Assembly (NCBI GenBank): GCA_002633005.1
Contig: NMRA01000062.1
Coordinates: 209,638-271,834 of the forward strand
Length of the DNA stretch: 62,197 nucleotides
Direction: 5' to 3'
Source of the DNA: Phoronis australis
Lineage: Eukaryota; Animalia; Phoronida
The notes under the pieces were generated by a model that searched no databases, was not told the origin of the DNA, and saw only the letters and a list, made by a program, of their open reading frames with translations. How positions within the stretch are numbered: the first letter of the stretch is position 1; each line of letters opens with the position of its first letter. Made by a program: the position numbers and the translations under genes. Below are positions 27,011-40,400 of the stretch, piece by piece.

Positions 27011-27076
27011 TGTCGTGCATTGTCACTAAGTGTTCGCTTGTATTACAAGTGACTTTGCGTTCCATGTACTGGCGGC
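27011..27076. repeat. 66-bp direct repeat, copy 2 (right flank of CLASP-containing insertion)
   Basis: Identical to 25898-25963. Confidence 0.9.
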
Positions 27077-27156
27077 GAATACAGATGAACTGTTGGCTGC
27101 AATCTGTCCTGATCGACAGGAAACAATCTCTTAAAGCAGGAGATAAGAATTCTGTT

Positions 27157-30100
27157 TTAGGCATGGATGGAAACTGCGCTTTTATTGCGATTGATCAAGT
27201 AATCCACAAGTGCCATAATTAGGCAGATCACAATGACTGAAGCAAAGGACACGCCGGTGCCAATCCAGAATGTGAAGTCGTCTCCATTCGTCAGATACTC
27301 AGACGCAATCACACCCGCTTTCAACTTGCTCATTTTTCGTTTTCCAGCAGTCATAAGATGGCGCAACCTGTCAAACGTTTTAAGCGACATCTTGTTCGCC
27401 GCGTCCGAGAAACAGTGCAGAAGACTTTGATCCACACCCTGTCAATATGTAAAGTGTAAATGACTTGTAAGTACATAGTGGTGATAGTGACGACACAACA
27501 ACAACAGAATTAATAATGTGAAGCATGAAACAGGGGCGGATCCAAGATTTTGAGTTGGGGGGGCAGGGCACAGGAATAACCAGAATTTCTCTACACGCGC
27601 GCGCCCAGCCTAAAATGTAGGGATGCAGGGTCTCGAACTTTTGGGTTTGCGTACCTTATTACTAAAAAAAAGTAAGCGGGCTTTGTTCATTCGTTGTGCA
27701 TTCGCCCCCCGAGCCCCCTGTGTGCGCGATGGGTGCCAAATGGTACCTGGGAGAATTTTAGGGGGGCCATGGCTCCCTTGGACCCCTTTAAATCCACCAC
27801 TGTGTACCGAGTGTTAGTCAAGGGAGAAATCAACGATTTATTGGACTTCAAAACCCCATTTCCCCGGACTTCAAAACCAGATGAATGGACTGCAAAACCC
27901 AGTGGCCGGTGTTCTAACTTGGTGGTCGGACTTCAAAACACGATGCCCGGTACCTCAAAACCAGATGGCGGCACCCCAAAAATGGTTGGCAGGACCTAAA
28001 ACGTGTTGGCTGGTGCTCAAACACAATGGTCGAACAAATCACCGGCCAACTGGTTATAGCACCGGTCATTGTGTTTTGGGACCAGCCGACTAGTTTTTTG
28101 GGGTGAGGCCATCTGGTTTTGAGGAACCGGACATCGTGTTTTGAAGTCCGACCACCAAGTTAGAACACCGGCCATCGCGTTTTGAAGTCCGGATAACACA
28201 TTTGATCACCGGCCATTTGGTTTTGCAGTCCATCCGACTGGATTTGAAGTCCGGGCAAGTGGTTTTGAAGTCCAACCAATTGTTGATTGCCCTCTTGTTA
28301 ATGTAGACTTATAGTCTTAATGCTCAGAATGCCCCCTTGTGGTGGCAAATCCTAGCCTGAATGTGAGCACTATTTTACCAACCTTCAACGTTTTATAAAG
28401 TGCACGAACTGTGGATAAGAAACGAAATTTCAAACAAACCGTGACAAGAATTCCATGATTGACTGGAAGGTTTGATTTCCAGGCGACTTCCATGTCTTCC
28501 AGAAACTCCCCTTTTCGTAGAGACGTCTTGTCATTTTCATCCAAATTATGTTTATAGACGGCTGCGTACTGGTCAAGCAGTATGCCGTCAAGAGGGCGAT
28601 TTTCGTCGAGCAACCTACGCTTCAAACATCCCCTGTTTTCACACACTGAAACGGAGCGCAGATTACTGGGTAAAATGCGACGACCACAAGATGGCAATAA
28701 CGATCCTGTTAAAACTGCATTTCCTTCTACAAAGAAATGCGAAAACCAAAATCATAACTAAATCGCCCCAGTAACCCAATAAACTCGGTCTCATTATGCT
28801 TTTCACATCCTCCCCTTACAAAAATTTGGCAGCCTTGACCCAGTCGCAAGAATTTTTTTCTCAACGCCAAACAATTGACGTAACCGATGCTATCACAGGA
28901 ATAACCTATGATGGACTTAATTCGGAAATTTTTAAGTAAGTGAAAAGGACGTGACACTTAAACTTTAATGAGCAACAAACTCAACCTCTTCCACAAAATG
29001 TCAAATTAGAGGTGATATATTGACTTGTAAAGAACAAAAATTTGTCTTGCGTTTCATCACTGCTTGAAACCTGGCTCTACAAGTGAAGGTCAATTTTATA
29101 GCAGTAAGTCGAATAAACCGTAAAGTAGTTTCCTTGAAGGATCGCCGGTTTATATCCTTTTTAAGTGTAATGAGACGGATAATGATGATCATGACGGTGA
29201 CGACGATGGGACGGTGACAACAAAGATGAAGAGGACGGTGATCATGGTGACGGTGACGATGATGATGAAGAGGACGGTGATGATGATGAGCAGAACTCGA
29301 AGACAACCTTCGTGGAAGATGTATGTGTATTCCGTGTTAACCATGCGGAGACTGGTTCTGTTGGAGTGGTACGGGGTGGTACGGAAAGAAGTGCGGTTGA
29401 GCGAGCTGTCATGGCTGCTGTAATATCGTTAACGTCCGGTAGGACACTATAAAAATATCCAAATTTGGCAGACTTCGGAACATCATATATCAGAGATGGC
29501 TGATCAGATTCATATGAAACGTTCACATACTATGTTTGATGCAATGTTCTGAAAACGCTGTTGTGAACTGTTTTTGAAATGTTTCGCTTGCATGAGGGGC
29601 TATCACAAAGATTCATGATTTTCAGGCAAATTATTTAAAGTTGTGTAAAAAGAAAACGAAGTTCGAAAACTGCAACAATATTTTTGATATCTCATCTTGA
29701 ACACTCACATCAAATAAAATTCGATCATTTTACTGATACCTTTGCTTTGCTATCCATGTACTTTTCTTGCTGGATTTTACTAAAAAGACACGGTCACGTG
29801 AGCCAATTGATAACAGATTGGTAAAAAGTCAAAAATCAACTTATACAGGCCTTTTTCTTTCATATTTTCTACATATTTTACTAAATGCACAGAGATGTCG
29901 ACAAGGTTCTATGTAATCTTAAAACTGCCTGTCGCCCTGATAAGTCGGCTAAAAAAGAAATTAAATTAGACCTTTTGCTCATACAAAATTGGTCTCATAA
30001 CATTCTTTACCGTGTTAAGAATCTAGTTCCGTTGCTAACAAGAACATCTAAACCACCTGCCACTCACAAAAATGCTTTGGGATTTATTGAGGTTGGTCAA

Positions 30101-33100
30101 CCCTAAAATTGGGAATTCGAAAATGACGCGTGTACATATTACCTATTGCTGACTCATTAGGCAACAATTCAAGATCGAATGAGAGTCGTTTCTAGACCAC
30201 AAAGCACTCAATTCTAATAAGAATTCAACATTGGCAGCTGAACAACGGCAAAAAAGTAAGTGTTGTAAATGTTTTACAAACAACGTCATCAAGTTTTAGA
30301 AATTCACGCTGCTAAGTTTTAAAGTCCTTGTTGCAAACTGCCCATGTGGTTCTAGTATCCGAAAATACTTACTACATAAAATCTTATTTTCGACACCCTT
30401 TCTTTACATTCTTTTCGCCTTTCTTGACAAAAGCGATTTTTCAACCGTATTTGACCCTTTTCTCTGAGCGTATGATTACCGGTTGTCATCGGTTATTTCC
30501 GTACCCACATTTCCGGCTCATCAGTTCAGGAACTTGTCCTGAACGCCGCCATTTTTTCCTTGTAACTGAATGTGCTATGGCTTNNNNNNNNNNNNNNNNN
30601 NNNNNNNNNNNNNNNNNNNNNNNNNNNNNNNNNNNNNNNNNNNNNNNNNNNNNNNNNNNNNNNNNNNNNNNNNNNNNNNNNNNNNNNNNNNNNNNNNNNN
30701 NNNNNNNNNNNNNNNNNNNNNNNNNNNNNNNNNNNNNNNNNNNNNNNNNNNNNNNNNNNNNNNNNNNNNNNNNNNNNNNNNNNNNNNNNNNNNNNNNNNN
30801 NNNNNNNNNNNNNNNNNNNNNNNNNNNNNNNNNNNNNNNNNNNNNNNNNNNNNNNNNNNNNNNNNNNNNNNNNNNNNNNNNNNNNNNNNNNNNNNNNNNN
30901 NNNNNNNNNNNNNNNNNNNNNNNNNNNNNNNNNNNNNNNNNNNNNNNNNNNNNNNNNNNNNNNNNNNNNNNNNNNNNNNNNNNNNNNNNNNNNNNNNNNN
31001 NNNNNNNNNNNNNNNNNNNNNNNNNNNNNNNNNNNNNATGAATTGTACTTCCGGGTTCGCGGCAAGTTCAAAATGGCGGTGTTTCTTCGGGTGCGAATCG
31101 TGAGTGGCGCGTTCATTTAAACTGTTTTCAAGTACGGATCGTGTATTAGTTATGGGGTAGGTACTTCTTGGATCCTTATAACATCTTCTAACCATGTAAT
31201 AAGGGTTAACAACGCGTGAGACCAGGTCTTTAAAATATGATGTTACTTACGAAAGATGTCAGCGCTGTCCCCCAGAGCTATTACGTAATCATAGGTTCCG
31301 TTTATGACTCCCACCTGTAAAAACAACAATGTTCAAGGTGTTCCATGGAAATTGAAATGCCGTGTAAAACAGATATCCCGGAGTCGAAAACAGACTCCCA
31401 GACCAAAACATCATCCCTAGTGCTGTAAAATGCTTTGTGTTCATACCACACGTATCAATTTCACTTTTTGGTGAAAAATAAATCTTGTTTTTTTAAGTTG
31501 TGGTTCTGATATGTTGTTTTACTGCATGATAGTTTTAGACAACTGACCAATTGGCGTTCTACCGCTATTCTACTACAAAAGTTACGCGATCTTTTGCGTC
31601 GGCATTCGGCGCCATGAAATATTACGCCACCTATTGGCCAGTTCCTTTTTCGCAAATTCTTCAATCAACTGTTCCTTCTTCCATGAGGTTGCGTACTTGT
31701 CACAACAAATTATCGGAATAGGTTCCGTTTCGTTACAAGTTTTTAGTGTTTTAATTCCTGCAAACCGAATTTCAGAACAAATTTTGCAGCAGTGATCCGC
31801 CAAAAAGAGTGAATGCGTTGAGTTCAGAAATTCCAATTCCAAATTCCCGGCGTTTTAATGATCGATGAGGAGCTGAAACACACTTTTTTGAAAATGGTGA
31901 CGGTGTAGGTCTTTTGCGTGAAAAATTCTCGCGGTCCATTTCAAAACCCGGAAAATGATTGTGCCTAAAACAATGTACTGGCTAAAAGTAAATCGACGAA
32001 CCCTAAAATGCAGCCAATTGTAAATATATTTAAAGGAATTAACCATCAACGGCACTCGAAAGTCGAAATAATATTTATGTTTTTTATTTTTGAAATATTC
32101 TTGGTGAATCTATTGAATAATCTGAAATTAACTAAACATTCACCGAGATAACAGCATGTGGTGAGTATATGCTGTGTTGAAATTCGCGCACAGACAAGTT
32201 GCGCCATAGATTATAGAAAATTTGGAACCGCCTAAAGAGCCATAAGCTTGCCCAATTAAGTTAAAAATGCACCATTCTTGCTCGTCTCAGAAACACTTTT
32301 TTTGAAAAAGCGGACAACTAAAAACACAGCATCAATTTTCGAAAAAACATAACCAACTTTGCTTTTTTATTTATGAATGTTACACCTCGGTTGAAGTTTG
32401 ACCTTTATGTTAGCTCACCCCAGACGATCGAACCAGGACAGCATTCTATAGACTTAAACCACTCGCGAGAAAGGCTGGCGTGATCACGTGCTTTGCTTGG
32501 AATGCATGAAGATGTCACACGAAGTCTTCCGCGATTTTGCGTTTTTGCATGTTTCTTGTGTTCACAGAAGCAGGTCTCACCGCTAGTGGACACGCAGGGA
32601 ACCAGCGAGGGAAGCAAGTCAGTTCAGCACAGCATACTGTGCGATCACGAAATGAGTGCGAGTTCGTAAGAAACCTTTCCCTTTATTTTCATTATGTTAG
32701 AACACAAAAAGAATTTCAACAGTCAAGAGAAAAAGAAACATCACGCAAGTTATTGCCTTGTATGTATTTGCGTATTTCTCTGGCAATTATTAAAAAAGTG
32801 AAGTTCAATGCCATTCCATTACGGCAGCCATTTTGTTTGTGCACAATCAAAAACATTTTGCGAATTCCATACTTAATTCTGGTTATTTTGAGAACATTTG
32901 GTTAGTCGTTGAAGAGATTATCTAGGAAAAAATTTAAACTAGATCGGTTTGCAGAAAAATTTCGTATCGTAAAGGTCAAATTAATACGCTATTCATACTG
33001 AGCGCTGTTGTCGATATTGACAAGCAGTGTTGGCCTTTAGACTTGTAGTAGACTAATTCAACCATTGTTTGACGGTTGAGCTGTCTATAATTTATTCTAT

Positions 33101-36100
33101 TGTTGTTCATACTATTCAATAATTGTGTTAGCCAACCTTTTTGAATATTATATTATCCACTTCGTTCTTCTTCGTCGTTAACGCCGCAGATATTACACTG
33201 ATGAAGACACTCATCAGACACACACCGAACAGTATCCATAGTATTCCAAATAAACGCGCCAGAAACGAAGTGGGAGTCTTGTCACCGTATCTGAAAATGA
33301 AACGTTCATATCTGTAGTAATGGGTGAGCAGCTGAAAATGAAACGTTCATATCTGTAGTAATGGGTGAGCAGCGAACACATTCATGAAGTTAGATAATCG
33401 CAAGGGTAAACTTCGGAATAGAAATACACGTACATTAAAATGACGAAAAGGAAGGAAGTTGTAGAGGTCATTTGCGCATGCTTATACGAGCGCACTTGGA
33501 TTTTAAGTGAAACAGGAACGTGTTCCATATGGCGTGACCAAATCATTCGTTGTTTCACCTAAATGGGAAATTTGACGCAATTAAGCTAAAGCGGCATTAA
33601 ACTGGTGACGTCTGTCAAAAATCGTATTTTGATTTAGGCCACTCACTGTTGTAATACTGGCGTGCGTTCAGTAGACGCTAGGACCTACGCTAGGACCTAG
33701 CTAAAACATAGTAAAGTCACGTGTACTCATTAAAAATACACGGCAGTATCTCACGTAAAGTCTTGCTTTTTAGCGAGGTCCTAGCGTTACTGAACGGGAG
33801 GCTGATCTTGTTCCTTGCTCAGTTAAAGGGGATTTCTGGACTGGGAAAAATCAGGCCTCTCGATTTGTCTTTAGATCGCGCTCATAAAATTTGGAGAAAG
33901 AACGGGCTGCACTTCTTTTCACGACCTGAAATCACTTTACAATCTAAGTAAATAACAAGTAGCAAGAGACCACTTTTATATTTTGTATTGCCCATGCCAA
34001 ATGACGTCGTATGTAGCTCGCAAGGTATTGTATAACTTGCGACATCCATGCGACGGGGTTAATCGCGTCGCATGGTTATCGCCTATGGGAAACTATCGTT
34101 GTTTTCCTTTGATGCGTCTTAGTTGGATAATACAGGTCGCTTGGATATCGTACCTTGAGCGCACGCACATCAGTTGGTAACAAAGAAAACCAAAGTGAAC
34201 AATGGATACGCCAACCTACCGATTTCTATGCGACCAGCTTGCGACCTAGTTTCCGATAATGGTCGGATATAACGTGCCCGAATTGTGAGAACCAGTTTTC
34301 ATCACTGAATAACGGGCATTAAACTGGTTCTCAAAATCTGGGCACGTTACATCTGACTGTTGCCTAGATTTCTTCCTCTTCAGCTGTTTTAAACATATAC
34401 CACTGCTAATCCGCTCTGAAAAATCCCCCTATTACGACAGTAGGTGATTTCTGTTGTCACAAAGGACTTTCAGAGAACATTGATTTTTCAAAAAAGCTTC
34501 TGGAAATTATAGGGCTAATTAGCCCATTTTACAAATTCACTTCAATTGTAGGTTATTTCTGAGTGATGAAATTTATGGTATTATGACGAGGAAGTTTTTC
34601 AGTCAAATTTGTTTTTATGCTTCATTAAATAGAAAAACATAATTAAACATTCTACGTGAATTGCTTTCTAAAGAACTCTTGATGACTTACCCCACGGTTG
34701 TCATGGAGACGACAGCCCACCAGACGCCTTCAAAAAATCCTGTTTTGAAGGATTCCGAGAAATGGTCGGCATTTTTGTGACGATCCTGTGAAGAACAAAT
34801 GTATGTTATTGCGCAGTGTATGTGGTTCGCAGAATGAAAGGAAATGCCTTTTTATTTAACTGTGAGTGTTGTTTTATTTTAAACACAGACTACACAATAT
34901 TCACAGGTTCGATATATAGCAATGATTAACGTGCTGGTAATGGAGACCAGCCGCGGTGAACCGTTGAGGCATGCAAATTTAATCCCTATCAACTGTGCCA
35001 TTGGTTTTTACCCGCTGCGGCAGAGGTATGTAGTTACCAGTCACCAGAGTATCAGAGTAAATGAACCATTCAGTGCATCTCTGCAGTCACGTGCCGTACT
35101 CAAATGTCCTGATTCCCTGGTGATTTAATTTGCATTGGTTTATGTATTAAAAATGGCGCATCCAGACCGAGAATGCTATCGAAGATACAGAATCGTCGGT
35201 AGATATTATGAACGTACTACCATTTCACGGTTGACATCACACACTATGTATTTTGGTTCATAGGACACTGCGACAATTATTGAATGCACCGTTTTAGATG
35301 TGCTAAACGTAGGCCAAAATATGGTTCACCAGTTGTCGCCCTTTTATCCTAGGCTGTATCTGCCTGCACTGTGACACTTCTACATATAAATATTTACTGA
35401 TTCGCGTGGAACTCAGAAACCTTGTAGGCGTTTTACACAGGAACGTTACCCTTGGCAGTTGCGATCTCCAGTGAAGCAAAACATTACGCATGTACAGTGG
35501 TGTAGTGGTAAAATTAGAGGTACGTAGGAGTCTAAAGCCTATCATATCACCTTGAGCACTGAACGTAACGTAGGCGCTACGTTCAAATGCCAAAAGGTGG
35601 TTGGCTGCGCCTACGTGCACCTATGCCCCTCTACAGCACTGCGCATGTGCATTTCTGTCTGAAATGGGTCGATTCGCGAAGTCTTCTCGCAGTATTTACC
35701 CACAGTTCTATATTTACAACAATACTCGCCCGTTGCGCCATTTTCGGTTCATGAGACCTCTAAGCAAGCACACTCGAGATTTGGCTGCGGGAACTCATCG
35801 AGTGTCTCAGTGATTGAAATAGCTGAACAAAACTAATCTGCAAACTCTGCATTGTTCGATGTCGATTTTTAGATGTGGGACTGGAAATCTGAGTGAGGGA
35901 CAGGTGTATGGAACTGAGGATGTTATAATTCATTAAGTTTCTTAACTACACAGACAATGTGAAACAATGCAAATTTCAATAAAAACATTTGAATACCAAA
36001 AGTGACCCAGTATGTGCACGGAGTGTGTTCTGACTGAGTACGAGGATGTTCATTCAACTAGGCCTACATAGAGACCGAGCAATGCTTCATTAGATATCTT

Positions 36101-37435
36101 TACACCAGCACAAATATTTTGTAGAAGAATTTTACGGGTGCACGCAATTTTGGATGAGTTTGCAACACTTGAGGAGCTACTTAGGATTTTTCCAGGCTAA
36201 CGCTCTTTGCTAACAAGCTGCCAGGGGGATGCAACGGAAATAAAACCGAGGGAAATAGGAAACAACTTCTTGCGCGCAATTTCAGTGAAATGTAGACGAA
36301 TATAACTGACCAGAACCCAAATGATCGCACCAGCCAAGAGGCTGCCTGACACAATGATTACAAATAAAGGCCAGGCGCCTTTCAGAATCTCCATCAGCTC
36401 GTACTCATTATCTTCCTTTATCAAATAGAACGATCCTGGAAAATAAAGTAAAATAGTCGTTAATCATAAGATTTCCCTAGTCTAATGTCTTGGGGATGGG
36501 AACGACTCCACGACCGTTCGTTGGATGGCTAGATTGCAACTTCGATCCCTTTAACTCCACCGGACCAGAAAACACGAAACCTGTTGTATAAATTCTACAC
36601 CGGCGTCCCCATTTTGAGCTTAGAATTTTGTGGATGCGTGATAATCATAGGTGTCGCCCACACACAATAGGCCTTTTGAAACTGACATGCAAGGTCAGAG
36701 AAAGCACTTTTTGTGAGCCCAAATGGATTATGTAACTAAAAAACAGCTCAACAAAGGGTTTACGGTTGAGAACATATTTTTATTGCCTCTTGATTATGAG
36801 TAACCCACCCCGGAATGCTAAACTCCACGCACGCACCAAAAATACTACATACTAGGTAACCAAACTCCATATCCTGGGACGAAGCTCCAGTCCGAGACAG
36901 TGCCTTGTTCGAGAACACAAGGACATGATTGCAGCAACCAAGTATTGGATCCGCCACCTTGTGGTTGAGAGCATCACACTCATACAAGCTCTAATGATAT
37001 ACAGATGTAACCGGCCGGCTTATCTTCGACTCAACACAGGTTTATAATAATTAGTTACTTACCTGGAGAAAGAAGCCCCGGTAAAATGGTTTGTCCGGAA
37101 GTTGGCTCTCTGATCTGACGATCGAAAACACTTATACTGTAGGGAAATTTAAACGTATCATCATCATCATCACTGGCAACCATGTCGAACATGTTGGCCC
37201 ATCGTCTGCTAAACTTCACGTGCGTTTTGTTCGTACAGCAGCTCGATACCACGTCTTTCACCAAGCTGTGCAAAAGACTGGTGTTTTCGTGTCTACATGC
37301 GTATGGCGCGAACATCCACCACGATGCTTTAAAAACTCTCGGGCAGTCGAACGGTGGTTTTTTGTTCGCGTGTGTCCCGTCTCCATCACACAGGAGAACA
37401 GACGACATGATGGTCGCTGCCGTCAAAAGATGCAT
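27157..37435 (-). CDS. Paralogue B: GluR0-like ligand-gated K+ channel, ~432 aa, 7 exons
   Basis: Exons are 37435-37063, 36435-36311, 34785-34691, 33290-33137, 31314-31251, 28645-28440 and 27438-27157. Exons 2-5 are 125/95/154/64 nt, identical to A and C. Pore reads EGVWWAVVSMTTVG|YGDKTPTSFLARLFGILW. Intron 5 spans the N-gap, but the exon set is complete. Confidence 0.88.
27531..27802. mobile_element. MITE family 2, copy 1
   Basis: Termini CAGGGGCGGATCC...AATCCACCACTG. The 5' block and ctgggagaattttagggggg-ccatggc are shared with 44757-44894. Confidence 0.7.
27819..28297. mobile_element. Foldback-type element with long inverted arms built from ~21-bp subrepeats
   Basis: The left arm (ggacttcaaaac repeats, gttctaacttggtggtcggac) is the reverse complement of the right arm (gtccgaccaccaagttagaac, gttttgaagtcc). 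The ORF track shows near-identical spurious peptides on both strands. Confidence 0.75.
29178..29290. repeat. Degenerate (GAT/GAC)n trinucleotide repeat
   Basis: Runs of gatgatgatgaagaggacggtgatc produce the spurious His/Met/Ser-rich ORFs here. Confidence 0.75.
33291..33372. repeat. 41-bp perfect tandem duplication containing the exon-4 acceptor of paralogue B
   Basis: ctgaaaatgaaacgttcatatctgtagtaatgggtgagcag occurs twice in tandem. Confidence 0.9.
34262..34357. repeat. Palindromic mini-element; related copy at ~10172-10253
   Basis: Hairpin gtcggatataacgtgccc..gagaaccagttt / aaactggttctc..gggcacgttacatctgac. The gagaaccagttt...aaactggttctc core is shared with 10172-10253. Confidence 0.6.
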
Positions 37436-40400
37436 TCCACAACGGTAAGTTGTTATAGGTCAATAAAATGTTTGTATCAAAAAGAAAAACATCAAAAAAT
37501 GACGAAGCTCAGTAAGTTACAGTCCGCATACATATCAAACGTCATGCAAGGAGATAAAAATCGATAGAACTACTATTAGTTTACTATTTAAATGCTATTC
37601 GATATTCATCCACGTGATTCAGTGTCGCCGGCGACATCGGGGTCAATTTTGTGGAACAATAAGCGCGCATAATAACGCCTCATCTAACATGTACAACTGG
37701 ATAGATATAGATGGATTAAAACACAACGGTGTCGCATAACTTTAGGATATAATCTCGTTTGGATTTAGATAAACGAAGCTGTATTAGTAATATACCTGGT
37801 CGTGCAATTTGCAAACCCTCGTCCACGTTGCAGGCCAACAGTATGATATGGGGGAGACGTTACAATGATCATGGTACACTTTCGGTTATCACATAGCAAT
37901 TTATAACGCTATGTACAATGCTTTCAGTTCCTAACACCCGTAGTGAAAGCTCTGCACGAGAGATCTAAACATCGTTACAATTCTCTTGACCAAATTCCCC
38001 AACGTTTCATCTGCATAGGACGAACAAGGAATAAACCAACATCTTTCGCCTATTTATCCTCATGACTGGGCCAAAAGAAGAAATTTTTATACAAAACTTT
38101 TCTATAGACTAAGCAACGTTTTTTAATATGGACTCATAAAAAACATCACAACCAGGGGTAGCCTATACGCACGAGCATTGCATCTTACGCTCGAACCACC
38201 TAAGAACGTATGAATCATGCATACTAACACAAAAATCACGCGCATACAAACAATAATCATGCGCACGAATCACAAAAATCATACACACAAACACAAAATC
38301 ATACATACGAGCATGGAATCACACGCACGAATATTTTATTGTGCGTATGGTTTGCGTTCGTATGTGTGAATTTTGTGGTTCTAAATATGGCAAACGTGAA
38401 CTCTGTGGCAACTATTCTCCGATTTCTCTAATGATGAAAAATGATATATCTTCTCTCTTTTTATCCTTCCCAAACCAAAATTGAGATTGCAAAATATTCA
38501 GGGTCATATTACGGCTTTTCACTGGGGCCTCTAAGGTTTACGAATACTTTGGTACCATGGTAATTCGAACTGCTCGGCGCCGATCGCTACGATTCACCCT
38601 AATTGTAGTCGTTACCATTTCCATCCCCGACATTTGTCACCTAAACATCACCTACCTGTCATCACTAGCCCCTCCCCCCCTCCCCCCGGGTTAAGACATT
38701 TCCCGTCCCATCGGCTGGCCCAAGGCTTTGCCGAGCACCTCACCCGACCCCAACCCTCGGTCACCGCAAGGTTTCGCGGTTAACGCCGCTCAAGGTTATG
38801 GGGTAGGACCTCTCGTGGTTTGCGAGGGTCCTAAGCTCTAGAGTAATGCGACACTGGAAATACGGACGTAATCAAACTTCGGAAAGCAGTGAACTGTTGT
38901 TGCGTTATTTTTGAGTTGGCTCTCAGAAAACGACTTATGAATTTATATGCAGTTTGCACTGAACTGATTATTAAGTTAGTTTTAGCTACAATGCTCCATG
39001 ATAAGATAACCATTATCCTCTGGTAAGCTAAACGGGTTAGACCGCTATCAGGTAGAACGATATGCCTCTCACTGCACGGTCAGTACTTTTAGGTTGACCA
39101 ACATATCTATCATGCTTACGAAGGGAATAGTCTTCTTCTACAAGAAGATTCTCCCGGAAAAAAAATCTGCTTCACATAGGGACCAAAAACTTTACATGAA
39201 CCTGCACAATCTTATTGCGAAAAAATGCTTTACGTCTTTTATCTGCGTCTTTAGGCAGTGTGTCAAATTTGCTCTCGGAGGAGGAAGTCCATAGTAGAGC
39301 GCGTTTTTTTAATATGAAAAGGGGTATCGAGTTGCGCTTAGATGCTGATGGGGGACATTTCCAGCACCTACTGTGACAGTACTTCAATTCTCAGTTATAA
39401 GACTTTGTCTCAAGTAGACATCTTGTCAGCTCAACAAGGCAATCTTTTATAAATATTATTTTACGCCCGGCCCCCTCCTACTTCATTGGACTAATGAAAC
39501 GAGCGGCAGGAAAAACCGCAGGGACGCCGCCAAAAAAGTTAGTATTCAAAATCAACATGAGTTCAATACATGAAATTGAAAGTCTACAAAGTTGAAGTTC
39601 GTGCCTCTGGTGAAACGAATTATGCGGAAGTAAGAAATTGTTTACATCCGCTGAGTTGGAACTTTTCATCGTATGTCGATCACTCGTTTGGTAAGTCGGC
39701 TCCCAGTATTTTACATTTAAAAAACACCATTTTACAAAGCATGAGAGCCAAGTAAGTATGAGCGCAGCACGATCAACAAACAATTTATAGAAATTATTCC
39801 AGTTACAAGCAATTAAGTGTATGTTCTCAGAGACCTTGCATTTTTGCTGAAATGAGATTTAATTATTTTTCAAAAGTAATTGTGTGGAGCGCAAGAGCAA
39901 ATTTCTGACTCAAATCTTCAGTCACGTTTCATGTAACAGACCCCAGGTGGCGCAGAGGTAAAAGTCGAGGTTTGGAAAATGAGAAATTGAAATTATTTTT
40001 TACCCTTTTCCTCCTGCTTTGATATGAACTCAGGATAGTGTCTATTATTCTGCAGTCAAGTTCATTATGGTTTATGCAGATGCGTTTTTAGTCCAGTTAG
40101 CACTTGATGTCGCGCCCAGTTAACAAATTTCTGAAAACGGTTTAGTTAAGTAATTATTAGGACATTACATTCTAGAAGTAACTTATAGAAATCACCACTG
40201 TGACCCTCAGTTATGTAGAGATCTTTAGAGGCTTCGCACATTTTCTCAGGTGAAATTTATGTAGTTTTCAGAAATCGTTATGTGGAGCGTAAGATCAAAT
40301 TTCTGACAGTCTTAATCACTTTTCATGAAACCATATATTATAGACAATGTTCAGATTCGCAACTCCGACATCTTCTTGCGTAGTATCCTAGAGGAGGCGC

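Noticed and set aside
27881-28275. Similar short peptides on both strands (AGVLTWWSDFKTRCPVPQNQ)
   Set aside because: They come from translating the two arms of an inverted-repeat element.
29001-29526. His-, Met- and Ser/Thr-rich ORFs, considered as an extra exon of paralogue B
   Set aside because: They largely arise from a trinucleotide repeat. The true exon 5 is at 31314-31251 and already joins exon 6 in frame.
30328-31195. Long ORFs (177-237 aa) in the ORF track
   Set aside because: They are artefacts of translating through the N-gap at 30584-31037.
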